Notes under the pieces: generated by a model
The model's database searches: none
What the model was told of the DNA's origin: nothing
The model's input: the letters and a program-made list of their open reading frames with translations, nothing else
Program-made: the position numbers and the translations under genes
NCBI GenBank assembly: GCA_040954595.2
Contig: CM082585.2
Location: 3,440,902 to 3,504,901, forward strand
Length of the DNA: 64,000 nucleotides
Source: Balanoglossus misakiensis
Taxonomy: Eukaryota > Animalia > Hemichordata
Direction of reading: 5' to 3'
Shown: positions 59,189 through 64,000 of the stretch, piece by piece
How positions within the stretch are numbered: the first letter of the stretch is position 1
Layout of the letters: every line of letters begins with the position of its first letter

Positions 59189-62100
59189 TAACGCATAGGG
59201 ATAGGAGAAGGGCGGGCGGAAAGCCGTCGTGTGTCTGAGCTTCTCCGGCGAGACCTCGCACAAATCCCCGACGAGTTAGAAAGGGAACTCGTGGTGTCGT
59301 TCATTAAACAGGCGTGGTATATAACGCATAGGGATAGGAGAAGGGCGGGCGGAAAGCGGTCGTGTGTCTGAGCTTCTCCGGCGAGACCTCGCACAAATCC
59401 CCGACGAGTTAGAAAGGGAACTCGTGGTGTCGTTCATTAAACAGGCGTGGTATATAACGCATAGGGATAGGAGAAGGGCGGGCGGAAAGCGGTCGTGTGT
59501 CTGAGCTACCCCGGCGAGACCTCGCACAAATCACGCCGAGTTAGAAAGGGAACTCGTGGTGTCGTTCATTAAACAGGCGTGGAATATAACGCATAGGGAT
59601 AGGAGAAGGGCGGGCGGAAAGCGGTCGTGTGTCTGAGCTTCTCCGGCGAGACCTCGCACAAATCCCCGCCGAGTTAGAAAGGGAACTCGCGGTGTCGTTC
59701 ATTAAGCAGGCGTGGTATATAACGCATAGGGATAGGAGAAGGGCGGGCGGAAAGCGGTCGTGTGTCTGAGCTACCCCGGCGAGACCTCGCACAAATCCCC
59801 GACGAGTTAGAAAGGGAACTCGCAGTGTCGTTCATTAAGCAGGCGTGGTATATAACGCATAGGGATAGGAGAAGGGCGGGCGGAAAGCCGTCGTGTGTCT
59901 CAGCTTCTCCGGCGAGACCTCGCACAAATCCCCGCCGAGTTAGAAAGGGAACTCGCTGTGTCGTTCATATAACGTATAGGGATAGGAGAAGGGCGGGCGG
60001 AAAGCGGTCGTGTGTCTGAGCTTCTCCGGCGAGACCTCGCACAATTCCCCGACGAGATAGAAAGGGAACTCGCGGTGTCGTTCATTAAGCAGGCGTGGTA
60101 TATAACGCATAGGGATAGGAGAAGGGCGGGCGGAAAGCGGTCGTGTGTCTGAGCTTCTCCGGCGAGACCTCGCACAAATCCCCGACGAGTTAGAAAGGGA
60201 ACTCGTGGTGTCGTTCATTAAACAGGCGTGGTATATAACGCATAGGGATAGGAGAAGGGCGGGCGGAAAGCGGTCGTGTGTCTGAGCTTCTCCGGCGAGA
60301 CCTCGCACAATTCCCCGACGAGATAGAAAGGGAACTCGCGGTGTCGTTCATTAAGCAGGCGTGGTATATAACGCATAGGGATAGGAGAAGGGCGGGCGGA
60401 AAGCCGTCGTGTGTCTGAGCTTCTCCGGCGAGACCTCGCACAAATCCCCGCCGAGTTAGAAAGGGAACTCGCGGTGTCGTTCATTAAGCAGGCGTGGTAT
60501 ATAACGCATAGGGATAGGAGAAGGGCGGGCGGAAAGCGGTCGTGTGTCTGAGCTTCTCCGGCGAGACCTCGCACAAATCCCCGGTGAGTTAGAAAGGGAA
60601 CTCGCAGTGTCGTTCATTAAGCAGGCGTGGTATATAACGCATAGGGATAGGAGAAGGGCGGACGGAAAGCGGTCGTGTGTCTGAGCTTCTCCGGCGAGAC
60701 CTCGCACAATTCCCCGACGAGATAGAAAGGGAACTCGCGGTGTCGTTCATTAAGCAGGCGTGGTATATAACGCATAGGGATAGGAGAAGGGCGGGCGGAA
60801 AGCCGTCGTGTGTCTGAGCTTCTCCGGCGAGACCTCGCACAAATCCCCGACGAGTTAGAAAGGGAACTCGTGGTGTCGTTCATTAAACAGGCGTGGTATA
60901 TAACGCATAGGGATAGGAGAAGGGCGGGCGGAAAGCGGTCGTGTGTCTGAGCTTCTCCGGCGAGACCTCGCACAAATCCCCGACGAGTTAGAAAGGGAAC
61001 TCGTGGTGTCGTTCATTAAACAGGCGTGGTATATAACGCATAGGGATAGGAGAAGGGCGGGCGGAAAGCGGTCGTGTGTCTGAGCTACCCCGGCGAGACC
61101 TCGCACAAATCACGCCGAGTTAGAAAGGGAACTCGTGGTGTCGTTCATTAAACAGGCGTGGAATATAACGCATAGGGATAGGAGAAGGGCGGGCGGAAAG
61201 CGGTCGTGTGTCTGAGCTTCTCCGGCGAGACCTCGCACAAATCCCCGCCGAGTTAGAAAGGGAACTCGCGGTGTCGTTCATTAAGCAGGCGTGGTATATA
61301 ACGCATAGGGATAGGAGAAGGGCGGGCGGAAAGCGGTCGTGTGTCTGAGCTACCCCGGCGAGACCTCGCACAAATCCCCGCCGAGTTAGAAAGGGAACTC
61401 GCGGTGTCGTTCATCAAGCAGGCGTGGTATATAACGCATAGGGATAGGAGAAGGGCGGGCGGAAAGCGGTCGTGTGTCTGAGCTTCTCCGGCGAGACCTC
61501 GCACAAATCACCGACGAGTTAGAAAGGGAACTCGTGGTGTCGTTCATTAAACAGGCGTGGTATATAACGCATAGGGATAGGAGAAGGGCGGGCGGAAAGC
61601 GGTCGTGTGTCTGAGCTTCCCCGGCGAGACCTCGCACAAATCCCCGACGAGTTAGAAAGGGAACTCGCTGTGTCGTTCATTAAGCAGGCGTGGTATATAA
61701 CTCATAGGGATAGGAGAATGGCGGAAAGCGGTCGTGTGTCTGAGCTTCCCCGGCGAGACCTCGCACAAATCCCTGCCGAGTTAGAAAGGGAACTCGCGGT
61801 GTCGTTCATTAAGCAGGCGTGGTATATAACGCATAGGGATAGGAGAAGGGCGGGCGGAAAGCCGTCGTGTGTCTGAGCTTCTCCGGCGAGACCTCGCACA
61901 AATCCCCGACGAGTTAGAAAGGGAACTCGTGGTGTCGTTCATTAAACAGGCGTGGTATATAACGCATAGGGATAGGAGAAGGGCGGGCGGAAAGCGGTCG
62001 TGTGTCTGAGCTTCTCCGGCGAGACCTCGCACAAATCCCCGACGAGTTAGAAAGGGAACTCGTGGTGTCGTTCATTAAACAGGCGTGGTATATAACGCAT

Positions 62101-64000
62101 AGGGATAGGAGAAGGGCGGGCGGAAAGTGGTCGTGTGTCTGAGCTACCCCGGCGAGACCTCGCACAAATCACGCCGAGTTAGAAAGGGAACTCGTGGTGT
62201 CGTTCATTAAACAGGCGTGGAATATAACGCATAGGGATAGGAGAAGGGCGGGCGGAAAGCGGTCGTGTGTCTGAGCTTCTCCGGCGAGACCTCGCACAAA
62301 TCCCCGCCGAGTTAGAAAGGGAACTCGCGGTGTCGTTCATTAAGCAGGCGTGGTATATAACGCATAGGGATAGGAGAAGGGCGGGCGGAAAGCGGTCGTG
62401 TGTCTGAGCTACCCCGGCGAGACCTCGCACAAATCCCCGCCGAGTTAGAAAGGGAACTCGCGGTGTCGTTCATCAAGCAGGCGTGGTATATAACGCATAG
62501 GGATAGGAGAAGGGCGGGCGGAAAGCGGTCGTGTGTCTGAGCTTCCCCGGCGAGACCTCGCACAAATCCCCGACGAGTTAGAAAGGGAACTCGCTGTGTC
62601 GTTCATTAAGCAGGCGTGGTATATAACTCATAGGGATAGGAGAATGGCGGAAAGCGGTCGTGTGTCTGAGCTTCCCCGGCGAGACCTCGCACAAATCCCC
62701 GACAAGTTAGAAAGGGAACTCGTGGTGTCGTTCATTAAACAGGCGTGGTATATAACGCTTAGGGATAGGAGAAGGGCGGGCGGAAAGCGGTCGTGTGTCT
62801 GAGCTTCTCCGGCGAGACCTCGCACAAATCCCCGCCGAGTTAGAAAGGGAACTCGCGGTGTCGTTCATTAAGCAGGCGTGGTATATAACGCATGGGGATA
62901 GGAGAAGGGCGGGCGGAAAGCGTTCGTGTGTCTGAGCTTCTCCGGCGAGACCTCGCACAATTCCCCGACGAGATAGAAAGGGAACTCGCGGTGTCGTTCA
63001 TTAAGCAGGCGTGGTATATAACGCATAGGGATAGGAGAAGGGCGGGCGGAAAGCGGTCGTGTGTCTGAGCTTCTCCGGCGTGACCTCGCACAAATCCCCG
63101 CCGAGTTAGAAAGGGAACTCGCGGTGTCGTTCATTAAGCAGGCGTGGTATATAACGCATAGGGATAGGAGAAGGGCGGGCGGAAAGCGGTCGTGTGTCTG
63201 AGCTTCTCCGGCGAGACCTCGCACAAATCCCCGGCGAGTTAGAAAGGGAACTCGCAGTGTCGTTCATTAAGCAGGCGTGGTATATAACGCATAGGGATAG
63301 GAGAAGGGCGGGCGGAAAGCCGTCGTGTGTCTGAGCTTCTCCGGCGAGACCTCGCACAAATCCCCGACGAGTTAGAAAGAGAACTCGCAGTGTCGTTCAT
63401 TAAGCAGGCGTGGTATATAACGCATAGGGATAGGAGAAGGGCGGGCGGAAAGCGGTCGTGTGTCTGAGCTTCTCCGGCGAGACCTCGCACAAATCCCCGC
63501 CGAGTTAGAAAGGGAACTCGCGGTGTCGTTCATTAAGCAGGCGTGGTATATAACGCATAGGGATAGGAGAAGGGCGGGCGGAAAGCGGTCGTGTGTCTGA
63601 GCTTCTCCGGCGAGACCTCGCACAAATCCCCGGCGAGTTAGAAAGGGAACTCGCAGTGTCGTTCATTAAGCAGGCGTGGTATATAACGCATAGGGATAGG
63701 AGAAGGGCGGGCGGAAAGCGGTCGTGTGTCTGACCTTCTCCGGCGAGACCTCGCACAATTCCCCGACGAGATAGAAAGGGAACTCGCGGTGTCGTTCATT
63801 AAGCAGGCGTGGTATATAACGCATAGGGATAGGAGAAGGGCGGGCGGAAAGCCGTCGTGTGTCTGAGCTTCTCCGGCGAGACCTCGCACAAATCCCCGCC
63901 GAGTTAGAAAGGGAACTCGCGGTGTCGTTCATTAAGCAGGCGTGGTATATAACGCATGGGGATAGGAGAAGGGCGGGCGGAAAGCGGTCGAGTGTCTGAG
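59189..64000. repeat. 133-bp satellite, block 3 (~36 monomers; continues beyond the right edge)
   Basis: Resumes in exact monomer phase after the CACTA element. Confidence 0.98.

Noticed and set aside
18548-63932. Hundreds of 83-122 aa ORFs (MRGLAGEAQTHDRFPPALLLS...)
   Set aside because: Artefacts of a 133-bp (non-multiple-of-3) satellite read from non-ATG starts; overlapping in all frames with no protein features.
18671-64000. CRISPR array or ribozyme (hammerhead/retrozyme) array
   Set aside because: No unique spacers and no cas genes in a spliceosomal-intron context; no CUGANGA...GAAA hammerhead core on either strand of the monomer.

Overview
Eukaryotic (animal, probably invertebrate deuterostome-like; inference from intron style and TE landscape) genomic window with two parts. 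(1) 1-~16.7 kb is genic. It holds the first two coding exons of a U2SURP/SR140 gene running off the left edge, and a complete 8-exon FYTTD1/UIF-like mRNA-export adaptor gene (333 aa, minus strand, reconstructed by hand with canonical splice sites and consistent phases). The introns are crowded with non-autonomous DNA transposons: Kolobok-type TTAA elements (including a 1.8-kb foldback with 622-bp arms carrying THAP and KolX/P2X7-ballast remnants), Tc1/mariner, Harbinger-like, hAT-like and piggyBac-like MITEs, and tiny palindromes. (2) From ~18.67 kb to the right edge is a GC/CpG-rich 133-bp tandem satellite (~290 monomers, ~38.5 kb) with monomer subtypes and nested higher-order duplications. 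It is interrupted by a 1.3-kb Kolobok-type element (TTAA TSD), a 5.56-kb CACTA/EnSpm-type element (21-bp TIR, TA TSD) carrying a decayed BEN-domain ORF, and one TACATGTA Tc1-type excision footprint. The hundreds of 83-122 aa ORFs in the ORF track are artefacts of the satellite. All protein family calls are from remembered motifs, not database searches.
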